A DNA stretch of 63,605 bases, counting the filler, from Chiloscyllium plagiosum (taxonomy: Eukaryota): the NCBI RefSeq assembly GCF_004010195.1. It is 4 parts of one record of this genome, joined end to end, with 100 filler letters (N's around TTAATTAATTAA, not from the genome) between each part and the next. Parts side by side here need not be neighbours in the genome. Positions count along the whole stretch, not along the records: positions 24,544 to 43,487 come from NC_057715.1; 3 more parts are not named here. The stretch is one strand, 5' to 3'. Of the stretch, positions 26,361 through 38,205 are shown piece by piece. A model generated the notes under the pieces. The model ran no database searches and had not been told where the DNA came from. It saw nothing but the letters and a program-made list of their open reading frames with translations. Within the stretch, counting starts at the first letter, position 1. The number at the start of each line of letters is the position of its first letter. A program made the position numbers and the translations under genes.

Positions 26361-28600
26361 CCTTCAAACCTGCAACAGGCAAAGACACAAGATAAAGCAT
26401 GCAAATCAAATCATCACCCAAATCATAGAAACACTACAATGGAGAAGCAGGCCATTGGGCCCATCGAGTTCCATCTCCCTACAAACCTGCATTTCCCCTG
26501 GGTAATCTAGCTTGTCTGCACATCCCTGGACACTTTTGGGCAATTTATCATGGCCAATCCACCTAAACAGCACATCATTGGACAAGAGGAAACTGGAGTA
26601 CCTGGAGGAAATGTGCAAAGACAATGAGGAAAATGTGTAAATTTCACACAGGTACCCATGGATGGAATTGAACCCTGGGTCCCTGGCACTGTGAGGCAGT
26701 AGTACTAACCACTGAGCTACCGTGCCATCACTAAACTCATTGCCTGAATGAATGTAATTAAACTTTCATAAGGGAAGGGGATGCTTAACCACTTCAGAAA
26801 ATGCAATCAATGAGTGATAGTGACTTTAAACCCACATGCTTGTGTCCTAACCTGCACCAAATCCCCTTCATCCATGATCTCTGCCTTCACTGGGTGAGGC
26901 AGATTGCAAGAGGGATGCAAGCAGTTTATTGAGAGATATTGATAGGTTAAGTAAGTTGACAAAATGTTGGAAAGTAGAGTATAATGTGGGAAAACTTGAA
27001 GGTGTTCATGTTGGAAGGGAGAACAAAAGAGCAGAGCATTATTTAAGTGGAGAAAAACTGCAGAAAACTGCAACACAAAGTGACTCATGCACAAAACACA
27101 GAAAGCTAGCACACAGACGCAGCAAGTAATCAGGAGGGCTATTGCAATGTTGGCCCTTATTTCAAGGGGGTTGGAGTATAAAAGTAGGTCAGTCTTACTG
27201 TAACTGGACAAGAGGCTAGGGAGACCACATCTGGAGCACTGTCAGCAATATTGGTCCCCTTATTCATTGGAGGCAGGTCAGACAGGGATCACTAGGATGA
27301 TCCCTGGATTATCTTATAAGGTTAGGACTCTACTCACTGGAGTTTCGGAGAATGAGAGGTGATCTCATTAAAACATATAGGATTCTTAAAGGGCTTGACA
27401 GGGCTTTTTTTTGATGAATTTTTTCTGCCTGAAACATTAATTCTCCTGTTCCTCAGATGATGCCTGACCTGCTGTGCTTTTCCAGCACCACTCTCTCGAC
27501 TCTAATCTCCAGCATCTGCAATCCTCACTTTTAAGTGGAGAAAACTGCAACTCAAAGACACACTGATCAGGCTAACATTTAATGCCTGTCCCTAACTGCC
27601 CAGAGCAGGGGTCACAACATTTAGTCAACCACATTTCTGTAGATCTGGAGTTACATGTAGGCCAGTCCAGAGAAGGATGGCAGTTTCCTTCCCTGAAGAG
27701 CATTAGTGAACCAGATGGGTTACTCCTTGACAGCAATGGATTCATGGTCATCATTAAACTCTTAATTCCAGATTTTGTTGGATTCAAATTCCACCATCTG
27801 CCATGGCAGGATTCGAACCCAGGTCCAGAAAGAACATTCCCTGGGTCTCTGGGATTATAGTGATAGCACCACTAGGACATTCTGGATTAATGGTGCTGGA
27901 AGAGCACAGCAGTTCAGGCAGCATCCAAGGAGCTTTACCACTAGGACATTGTCTTCTTTTAAAGGCTGAGAGGATGTTTTCCTCATGGGAGAGTCTAGGA
28001 CCAGAGGGAATAAACTCAGAATAAAGGGGCAGGTCTTTGGCATTTGTTGCCACAGAGACCTGCGGTGGGGGGGCGCGCAGAGTCCTTGTGTATAGTTAAG
28101 ACTGAAATAGATTCTCAATCAGTCGAGGAATCAAGGGTTATGGGGAAAAGGGCAGGAAAGTGGATGAGAGGAATTTGGATCAGCCATGATCCTGTTCAAT
28201 GATGGGACAGGTTTGAGGGGCTGAACAGCCTACTCCTACTCACTCCTACTCCTCATGGTCTTACTTCATTGATTCCTGGTTAAAACACTCAATTATAAAA
28301 TTCTCATTCTCATTTTCAAATTACCCCCTTTGCCTCACCCAGTCTCACCTCTGCAATGTGGAATTCCCTCCCGAAAGCTGGGATTTGGAGGAGCTGGTGT
28401 TGGACTGTGGTGATACAAAGTTAAAAGATCACACAATACCAGGTTGGAGTCCAACAGTTTACATATGAAAGAACTGAAACCAACATGGTCATTCTCAAAG
28501 ATGAGAGACTTAAACAATCCAGGTCTTTTTCAATATATAATTTCAGTTAGATCACACTTTTGCTATAAATTCTGTGTCCTACGATCTTATACTCTACAAC

Positions 28601-28635
28601 CACCTGATGAAGGAGCAGCGCTCCGAAAGCTAATG
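28601..28635 (+). ncRNA. Minimal hammerhead ribozyme core (CUA family) in a Penelope-type terminal fragment (~28420-28690)
   Basis: cac-CTGATGA-A-GGAGC-AGC-GCTCC-GAAA-GCTA-atg. The enclosing fragment has inverted ends (aaagttaaaa.atcacaca / tgtgtgatttttaacttt). Confidence 0.72.
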
Positions 28636-31600
28636 CTTCCAAATAAACTTATTGGACTATAACCTGTTGCTGTGTGATTTTTAACTTTGTATCTCCACCT
28701 CCTCTCTCCCACCTTTATAAAAAGGCAATAGTGTGCAGTGTTGGAAATTCTATTGACAGAACAGGCTTGGAATGTCTCTCATTGCTGCTAACATCCTCCA
28801 TTAATGATTTAAACAATGTGGAAGAATGCCACTTAACCATGTTATTTGATGATACAAAGATCAATGGAATGAACAGTCATCGGCAGCTTTGGCTCCAAAA
28901 GGATATAACAAAATACATTCTCAATAGTGATAATCTAGAAACAGTGAAGGTCCAACGAGACTTGTGTGGCCCAGCTAAATAGAACATTAAAACATCAATC
29001 AACAGCTTTAGAAAATAATCAGATATGCTAATTGAGTGCGGATACTTTTATCTGATGAACAGCAATTCAGGTGTCGTGCTATAATTACGAATGAATGTGT
29101 GCATGATGCTTTTCCAAAGGTTCCTCCAGGGCTTCAGCCTCCCTATTTCTTTAGCCTGCGCCAGCTCCGGCGAAATCACTGTTCCTCTAATTCCGGCTTC
29201 TTCAGTATCATGCCACTTGCTGTAGCCATGCATTTAGCTGTTAAGCAGCTCCTGACATACTGCAGCAATCCATGCCCAAATGCAGGAAGAGCTGGACAAA
29301 ATCCAGGTTTGGGCTGACAAGTGGCAACTGATATTCACGCCATGCAAGTGCCATCTCCAAAGCGAGACAATCATCCTGTGACATTCAGTGACATTACTGA
29401 ATTCCCCCTCATATCAACATCCTGGGGGTTACCTTTGGCCAGAAATTGAAGTGGACCAGCCATAGCGATAAAGTGGCTAAGACAGCAGGTCAGAGACTAG
29501 GAATCCTGCAGTGAGTAACTCCCCTCCTGACTCCCCAAAGCCTGTCCACTATCCACAAGGCACAAGTCAGGAGTGTGATGGAATACTCCCCACTTGCCTG
29601 GATGGGTGCAGCTCCAACAACATTCCACCATCTACTGAAGAGCAACTAGAGATGGATAATAAATGCTGACCCAGTCAACAACACCCACATCCCATGGCTG
29701 AAGAAAAACAAAGAGATGCTTTTGAATTCTCTTCCAACTGGGCTCTATCCCTCATCTTTTACAATGTTCCACAATACCACCTTTCTGGACATCTGTCTTT
29801 ACTTCTCTTTAGTTGGCGTCATGTCAAGAACAGCTTGTTCCCTGCCATTATCAGACTGATGATTGGACCTCTCCAACTTTAAATAATGTTGATCTTGTTT
29901 TGTGCACCTCTCATGCAGCCATAACCTTGTAGGTCTCACTCTGTTTAAGCTCCCTAAGATCTGTCTGTACTCACAAAACAAAGCTTTTCACTGTACTTAG
30001 GTACACATGACTACAATAAATCAAACCAAAATCAAGTCCAATCTTAATTGTATGATGACTTTGTAAAGTATCTTGGGATGTGTTGTGATGTTACAGGCAC
30101 TATGTAAATGCAAGTTGCAGTTGTTGATGATAAGGTGTAAATGTGGGTAGGTGGGGTTAGGTTACAGATTAGCTATTCTTTCCCTGAGCAGTGGAATAGG
30201 ATCAAAAGGCTAAATTACCTCATTCCCAATCAAAAAAGGGTGGAGTTACATCCTATTTGGATTGGCTTTCTTTCAAAGCACTTTCCATTTGAAGAGCATC
30301 CAAAGTGCATTATACATTGCTCGAGATAACATTAGCAGTTAGCTATACAGAGATTTTATCAGACTGGATTGGCAGCATCAATGAATATATAAATTTTTCA
30401 TCTCCTGTGAATAGATGGATTAATGGCTTGAGCGATTCACTGATAAAGGGTATTTTTCGCCTTAAGCAGTTGAGGGGCTCCCGGGGGGAGGTGGGAGAAG
30501 AAAGAGGAACAGAATCAGAGGAAATGATCAAGTATTCACTCTTGCTTATTTCGAATCCTTCATGAGCCCAGGATCACCCAAAAACACATCGCAGCCAATG
30601 AGGGGCCTTTTGAATTACAGTCACTGTAATAATGCAGAAAAAATATTGCAGCCAATTTTCACACAGAATGCTCCGAGAAAGAACAGAGATAAAGAACAGA
30701 AAATTACTCATTCACACCAGAGGAAAAGCCCTGCGTAGGAAGGTGGGGGTCCTCTTAGAAACTATGTTTCTATAGTATGATACATTTAGCAGCGTGAGAC
30801 CTCATTTAACTGTGTTACAGCAGTAACTAACCTCCGACAAGCATGAACAAAAAGTTTAATGGGCTGCACACTACCCTATTATGATGGGTACTTTCAAAAA
30901 TAAGGTGGCTTTGGTCTTAGAAGGAATTAATGGGGTGAGTAAGGGGAACAACGGTCACCCTGATGTCATGAGTAGTTGTCAAAAGGATTGAGACAATCCA
31001 TTGACACTAGAATTAGGGGCTAGCACCGAGTGGTCAGGGGCAGAGGGCACTCCTCATCAGGCAGACCCTTGGAGGCAGCAGTCCTCATCGGGTGGTCCTC
31101 ATAGGGTGGTCTTCAGACAACTGTCTTCTTCAGATGGAAGACGAAGCAGGAGAGAAGGAGGAAGACCCAGAGAAGAGGTCTCTAACACTCAGCTGGAAAG
31201 CAGGCTACTGCCTCTCAACCACAATGAGACTGACACGCTCTGTACCAACAGCATGTCTGTCCTCTGGAATCGGTGAACTATCCCCAATTGTCACAGTCAT
31301 ATAGTTTATCTAATACATAGTGAAATAACTCCATGGAGGCTGGTATCCTATCACCAGATTACCCTTTTCTCACACATGCACAATACAGCATGTGTGAGAA
31401 TGCCAGTTCCAGTGCCCAGAGTGAGGAGACTCTCCGAATCTCCTGTTTATCTCTGTCAGCCAGGGTTCCCTGATTGGTCCAGGTTCCCAATCGGAAGTCT
31501 CGTACTCAATACAATCCACCTGGCTAACTTTGTTTCAGGTGTAGAAAACATATGACATACCTTTATAACAAATCTAAACCGCTGCAGTCTAAAACTCACT

Positions 31601-31874
31601 ATGCCCAACATGGTCTGGAGCCAAGTCCCAGTGCGGATTGGAGGCTAGGTGCCAGCGTGGTTTGGGTTGGGAGGCCATTGTTCACAACTTTTATTTATTC
31701 GATGCTGGACTTTTTATTTCTCTATTTTTCTAAGATCTTGTAACTGAAGAATCTGTACCAGGGTACTTTTGTACCTAAGATGGCATCGTAAGTAGCGACT
31801 TATAAACTTTTCAATGTGCTCATTGGGTACATGTGACAATAAAGCTAATCTATTCTAAACTATCAGAAAATTGA

Positions 31875-32112
31875 GCCTAAAAATGTATTGCTGGAAAAGC
31901 GCAGCAGGTCAGGCAGCATCAAAGGAGCGGGAGAATCGACGTTTCGGGCATAGGTCCTTCTTCAGGAATGAGGAGCCTCCTCATTCCTGAAGAAGGGCTT
32001 ATGCCCAAAACGTCGATTCTCCTGCTCCTTGGATGCTGCCTGACCTGCTGCGCTTTTCCAGCAACACATTTTTTAAGCTCTGATCTCCAGCATCTGCAGT
32101 TCTCACTTTCTC
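31875..32112 (+). mobile_element. Palindromic Penelope-derived mini-element with 15-bp TSD
   Basis: ~100-bp inverted arms centred on 31976, then the ctgatctccagcatctgcagttctcactttctc tail. TSD ctatcagaaaattga at 31860-31874 and 32113-32127. Confidence 0.88.
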
Positions 32113-32194
32113 CTATCAGAAAATTGATTACACATGATTGACTGCCTATATTAGATAACTGTGATCGCAAACCCCTCAATATCAAAATAGGGCC

Positions 32195-32365
32195 CCGGGA
32201 TCTTTCAGTGTTCACCCAAAATGGCCAGACACGGCTAAGTTTTAGCATCTTTTTCAAAAGGTAACACCTCTGGCTCTGCAGCATTCCCTCAGCACTGCAC
32301 TGGAGTGTGAGCCTAGATGACTGATTCAATATTATGGGAAAGGTTTGAACCCAGGACTTGCTCAT
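32195..32365 (-). mobile_element. DeuSINE (SacSINE/AmnSINE-like) core remnant; others at ~34620-34870+, 41170-41310+ and 41680-41830-
   Basis: Reverse of gtgcagtgctgagggaatgctgcag...gaggtgttacctttt...gatgctaaaact.agccgtgtctg, resembling the Deu-domain core. Confidence 0.55.
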
Positions 32366-32852
32366 TCTGACCCCCAATAGTTATCCTTCAACTTTGACCT
32401 TTTGTAATAGTTCTATTGACACCCAGGTAGAGATCCTTAATGGCAGACAGTATAAAGGGTGTCCCAGTCTCAGACCTGCTCACCTAGACCTTGCGGCTCA
32501 GCTTCCCAATCCAGGATGTATCTGGGGGTTGGGGATTGGATTCCTAATGCGAGTTGGAAGCTGACTTCCCTTCACTAGGTTGTCAAACGAGATCAATCTT
32601 TAATCACGTGGATAGAATCCTACTTAAGGCACTACTTAACTAGAAACCAACTGACAAATGTCTAACTAAATTCCTACACAGAGATATTTTAAACAAGATA
32701 TACCTGTTAAATCAGTTGGTGTTGAAACAGCAACATTTATCAGAGGCAATGGGTCAGGCTGAGACAATAACTCATTCAGAGTGTTGTTCAAATGGGAAAA
32801 AAATTAAAAATCACATGACACCAGGCTTTAGTCCAACAGGTTTAATTGGAAG

Positions 32853-32887
32853 CACTAGCTTTCGGAGTGCTGCTCCTTCATCAGGCG
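32853..32887 (-). ncRNA. Minimal hammerhead ribozyme core (CUA family)
   Basis: Minus strand cgc-CUGAUGA-A-GGAG(C)-AGC-(A)CUCC-GAAA-GCUA-gug. Confidence 0.7.
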
Positions 32888-33025
32888 GTTGTGGAGAGTT
32901 CAAAAAGGAGTTCTTATCTGACAGACAGCTACAAAAACCATTCAACACAATCCATTTAAACTTCTCTGACATGAACATTCATGGGATCTGTGTTTATCTT
33001 ACAAAGCAGAACTTTTCTGCAGTTC

Positions 33026-33172
33026 AGAGTGCGGTGCTGGAAAAGCACAGCAGGTCAGGCAGCATCCGAGGAGCAGGAGAATCGACGTTTCAGGCGTAAG
33101 CTTGACCTGCTGTGTTTTTCCAGCACCACACTCTCGACTGATCTCCAGCATCTGCAGTCCTCACTTTCTCCT
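33026..33172 (+). mobile_element. Internally deleted palindromic Penelope-derived element
   Basis: Inverted arms plus the ctgatctccagcatctgcagtcctcactttctcc tail; flanking duplicated cttttctgcag. Confidence 0.75.
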
Positions 33173-33329
33173 TGGACCTTTTCTGCAGCCAGCTTATGGC
33201 CTCAGCTTCCCAGAGCAGGGATGGAAAGCGAGGAATTAGTCTGTCATGTTAATATTGGTCCAAAATGTGTTTGATGGCCATCAAGTCCATACTGGCAAAA
33301 ATATACTAGTACAGACATTAGTCCCACTC

Positions 33330-34250
33330 CCCCACGCTTGGTCCATTACATTCAAGGTTGCAACACTTCAAGGGCTCTGCAAATTTCTTTTAAAGGTTAT
33401 GACGGTTTCCACCTCAAATACCCTCCCAAGCCACACATTCCAGACCCCACCACACTCTGGGTGAAAAGGCTTTCCCCAAATTCCCTCTAAACCTCCTGTT
33501 TATCACTTTAAAATTATACCCCTCATTATTGACTCTTAAACCAAGGGGAACAGCTGCTTCCTATCCACCCTGTCAGTGCCCCTCATCTTATTCTCCTCTA
33601 TCAGGCCCCCCCTCAGCCCTCCCTGCTGCAAACAAAACACCCTGAGCTTATGCAACTGCTCTTGAATCGCTGAACTGCTCCATCCCAGGCAGCATCCTGG
33701 TGGATCACCTCTGCACCCTCTCCAGTGCAATCACATCCTTCCGATTGTGCGGTGTTGTCCCCGCACTCAGTGCTCCAGCTGTGGCCTCATCATAGTTCTG
33801 TAAAGTTTCAACATAATCTTCCTGCTGTTATAATCTATGCCACCGTTGATAAATGTAAGCATTCTGAACTCCCCCATTAACCTGCCCTGCCACCTTCAGG
33901 GATCTCTGGGCAGGCACCCCAAGACCACTCTGTTCCTTGGAGCTTCCTGGTGTCCTACCATTCATTGAGTACTCTCTTGTCTTGTTCCTTCTTCCTAAGT
34001 ACATCCCCTCACTGTCAACCACCGGCCAATATTTTCATCATATTCAAACCTACTTATCGTTCCCCAACCATCTCATCTGCAACATTTATGAACGTCACAA
34101 AGAATAAGTGAGCCAGCTCGGAGTCATGTGGCGTGCAACCCCGCACCAGCCTCGGGTCAGACAAACAACCATTTCTCGCTACCCTCTGCCTCCACCCTCT
34201 AAGCCAGTTTTAGATCCACTCGCTGAGTTACATGCCACAAGCTTTTAGCT
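33330..34250 (-). mobile_element. Old CR1 LINE fragment
   Basis: Reverse-strand RT C-terminal motifs (LRGGLIE...MRGTDRVDRKQLFPLV). Similar decayed CR1 pieces at about 3070-4310-, 21185-21460+, 25445-25960-, 26880-28265+, 36885-37480+, 44270-44540- and 55125-55405+. Confidence 0.78.
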
Positions 34251-35024
34251 TCTTTCTCAGTTTCTGGGCCAAAGTCCCTTTTCTGTACTGTACGATTTCC
34301 TGATTCCAAGAATCTGGGATGGGACTCTTGCTACTGACAAGCTCCGGAATGATCACCGCAAAGACCTCAATGTTGAGAGTAGTATCTACCACTCAACAAA
34401 CCGAGTGAGAGAACAGTTGGAGGAGATCCAGTACTGGCTCAGATCTCCTGGCTAAAATAATAAAATAATGGAAGGAAGGAAGCAGTGTGCATGTGTGAGG
34501 AACAATTTTTAAATACATTTTAAAAATGACCTTTTGTGCAAAGTAAAGATAATATATTGGCTTCAAAAACTGAACTCACAGGAAACCACTTTATAGTCAA
34601 CAACATCCAATTCAAATGAAATATTCTGGTAGTTTTGCCTTGAGGTTTAGAGCAGTATTTATCATCTGTGCCCAGCATTCAAAGAACACAAGAGTTCTAC
34701 TTCATGTCCTGACCAATGCTTAGCCTCAATGAACTTAAAGAAAGAATGACTGGGTTACGTTTAAATTGTAGTGGGGGATTTTGTGAGAACTGGTGACTAC
34801 AATTCCTCACTTGCTTTAGAGTTCAAAAACTAAAGTACTTCTTTGGTTGTGAATTGCTTGGAGACATCATGAATAGACAGAATCATAGCATCATTTGTCC
34901 CCAATCCACAATACTCCTCATGTGCCAGGATGGCTGCAGGTCTAACAACACTCAAGATCCTTGACATAATTTCCAGGGCAAAACAGCCCACTTCTTTGGC
35001 ATCACGTCCACATACTGATGATTC

Positions 35025-35052
35025 CTGATGAAGGGCTTTTGCCCGAAACGTC
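35025..35052 (+). ncRNA. Minimal hammerhead ribozyme core (GUC family)
   Basis: CTGATGA-A-GGGC-TTTT-GCCC-GAAA-CGTC within a short Penelope terminal fragment (~35020-35115). Confidence 0.72.
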
Positions 35053-35776
35053 GATTTTCCTGCTCCTCAGATGCTGCCTGACCTGCTGTGCTTTTCCAGC
35101 ACAACTCTAATCTTGACCACATCTACACACATCCTTTCCCTCTGCCACTGATGCCCAGTAGCAGCAGTGTGTACTGTCCACAAGATGCACTGCAGAAACT
35201 CACCAAAGATCCTCAGACTGCACCTTCCAAACCCATGACCACTTCTACCTAGGAGGGCAAGAGCAGCCGGTACATGGGAACACCACCTTCTGCACGTTCT
35301 CTTCCAAGCCAGTCACCATCCTAACTTGGAAAGATATCGCTGTTCCTTCAGTGTTTGATGATCCTGAAATTCCCTCCCTGACAGCAGTATGGGTAAAACT
35401 ACAGCACATGAAGTGCAGCGGTTCAAGAGGGCAGTTCACCACCACCTTCTCAAGGGCACTAAATGCTGCCCAGCCAATGCCACTTCCATCCCATGAAAGA
35501 ATGAAATAAAAATCTCCCAAGGTGTGGGTGCCAGCAAGGTGCGCAGCATTCGGCCTCCTGCACCCATCTGCTCCAGGCCAGCCACTTCCTCCCTTCCTCC
35601 TTACCCTTCTTGTCTTCTTTTTTTTTCTTCCTTTCTTCATTCTCTTCTTATCAGGGCAGGTGACATTTTGGAGGAAGACGGCCAAAGCAGGACACTTAGC
35701 GAGGCAGCGGTGCCGGCCTGCACTGACCTGGCCTGGCAGTGGAGCCAGGAACTACTGGTTGCAGTGGACCAACAGC

Positions 35777-35937
35777 GGGGACTCCTGGCATTAGCAAGGT
35801 GGTGACGGCAGTGTGGTATGCCCGGAGTGGGGAATCCTGGTAATAAAGGTGGTGATGGCAGTGTGGTATGCCCAGAGTGAGGACTCCTGACAATGAAGGT
35901 GGTGACGGCAGTGTGGTATGCCCAGAGGGGGACTCCC
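35777..35937 (+). repeat. 50-bp GC-rich minisatellite, about 3.3 copies
   Basis: aaggtggtga(c/t)ggcagtgtggtatgccc(g/a)gag..gg(g/a)a.tcc starts at 35796, 35846 and 35896. Confidence 0.92.
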
Positions 35938-36619
35938 AGTGACATTGAGGTGGCAGCAGTGCCAGGGACCCTTGGTAGGCCTGGAGCAGGGACTCCTGTT
36001 TCATCAATGAGGAGGCAGAGGCAGCTCCTATTTGCCACGGGCCCAGAACTGGGGACTCCTGATTATCAGCGAGGCAGTAGAAGCAGCAGAACTAGGGACT
36101 CCTGGTTGTGGGGGAGTAAGGTTTCAACATGGGACTTGGCGACATCGGGAGAGTGGGCCCAGCAATGAAGAGATGACAATTGAGGGTGACGACTCCCCCT
36201 GTTGGTGGGTCCAGCACTGGCAGCTGGAGAAGGGGTGGAGGCTCAGCTGTCGTTGGTGGGCTCATGGTGGAGGCAGTGATCAAAGATAGACTCTCTCTCA
36301 GTTACATCTTTTTATTCTTATATTCTTAAACTATTCAAAATGGTGCCAGACTGTGGCAACAGCTGAAGCTTTTAACTATATTTAACTGTACTTTTCACTT
36401 TAAAGTACAATAAATCATTCAACTCAATTTAAAATAAAGTTGCTGTCACCTGTCCGACAACATTATTGGCGCTATGGAACTGCCATTTCTTGTTTAGCTT
36501 AATACTTTGTTGGATTTACAACAGGATCAAGGAGTTTTAGGCTTCCAGACCACACCTAGCCATCAGAAACAAGAATGGAACAATTGGCCCACTTTACCTC
36601 TACACACCTTGTGCAAACA

Positions 36620-36851
36620 TTGCATTATCCACAGAGGTGGTATCCCGTCACCCAGTCACCCTTTATTTACACATGGAGAGTCCTTAACACTGATCCAGCT
36701 CCCCCAGAGCCAGCTGTCAGAGTTTGAACGTGTCTGACACTCCAATTTATATCTGTCAGCCAGGGCTCCCTGATTCAATCAGGCTAACAGCCCCAATCAG
36801 GGAACTCATATTCTATGCGGTCCACTTGGCTGACCTCATTGCAATCACTAC
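36620..36851 (-). mobile_element. Probable short solo LTR; related copy at ~31322-31530
   Basis: Minus strand starts TGTAGTGATTG and contains ATATAAAT and AATAAA. Shares tctgtcagccaggg.tccctgatt and ggtatcc.tcacc with the 31.3-31.5 kb copy. Confidence 0.55.
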
Positions 36852-37989
36852 ATGTACAACCTGACCACAAGTGAAACATACTGTACATTGAGTATAGGAG
36901 TTGGGATGTCATGTTATAGCTGTACAGGATATTGGTGAGGGCACTGTTGGAATATTGCATACAGTTCTGATTTCCCAGCAATAGAAAAATTGTTGTTGAA
37001 CTTGAAAGGGTTCAGAAAAGATTTATAAGAGTGTCGCCAGGGTTAGAGGGCTTGATCTACAGGGAAAGGCTGAATAGGCTGGGGCTATTTTCCCTGGAGT
37101 GTCCAAGGCTGAGGGGGTGAGGCTTTTAAATTATAAAGGGCATGGATAGGGTGAATAGCCAAGGTCTTTTCCCTGGGGTAGGGGAGTCCAAAACTGGAGG
37201 GCATAGGTTTAGGGTGAGAGGGGAAAGATTTAAAAAAGGGACATAAAGGGCAACTTTTTCACGCAGAGGGTGATGAGTGTGTGGAATGAGTTTCCAAAGG
37301 AAGTGCTGGAGGCTAGTACAATTACAACAATTAAAAGGCATCTGGATAGGTACATAAATAGGAAGGGTTTAGAATGATATGGACCTAATGCTGACAAAAT
37401 GTTAATTTAGTATATCTGGTCAGCATGGATGAATTGAATCAAAAGGTCTGTTTTGGTGCTGTACAACTCTATGACTCTATCACCACAAGGTCAACATATC
37501 GGAGCTCAGGTGGGTGGGACACTTAACAATAAAACCAAATTATGTTTTAAAAAAAAGCAAAAGGTAACCAAAGGAACAGATACTAAAGGGTGATAGTGAG
37601 TGGGAGTAGTTCTAAACCTCACCTTGATTTAAGGTCAGTTCTGTTATACTGCACAAAGACTGATTCTAATTGTTCTCCCACCTGCAGATTCTCAAGTCCC
37701 TGGTATGTTTGCACACCCTCTTTATTTGCAGCTTAGTGAACACACACATTCTCTCAACTCTCTGGAAGAGGTTCTGCTCTTTTCCAGTTCTCTCTACATG
37801 TTCATGTGACACTCACATTATCGCTATATCCTTATAAGTTCTGCAGATTTCTCAATAACCTACAAACTGAAAACATGCCACTTCAGGAATCAGAAACGAG
37901 GTGATCAAATCCCCAATCCTTCTCCCCCCAATGCCACCAAAAAATGATAACTTGTAAGTATGCCTAAACATGGGTCTTTGTACAGATAT

Positions 37990-38205
37990 AAAAACAGAAA
38001 TTGCTAGAAAAACCTAACAGGATTGGCAACACCTGTGGAGAGAAATCAGCGTTAACATTTTGGGTCCAGTGACCCCTCTTCAGTTCTGAAAAGGTCAACG
38101 CTGATTTCTCTCCACAGATGCTGCTCGACTTATTGAGTTTTTTCCAGCAATTTCTGTTTTCGTTTCTGAATTCCAGCATCTGCAGTTCTTTTGTTTTTGT
38201 TTTAT
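37990..38205 (+). mobile_element. Palindromic Penelope-derived element, third family
   Basis: aaaacagaaattgct...ctgtggagagaaatcagcgtt is mirrored by aacgctgatttctctccacag...agcaatttctgtttt. Decayed HHR in the centre and ccagcatctgcag tail. Confidence 0.75.

Noticed and set aside
37617..37840. Possible non-coding CAPN5 exon 1 (minus-strand donor caag|gtgagg at 37622, TATA-like motif near 37830)
   Set aside because: The motifs are too common to support without transcript data.
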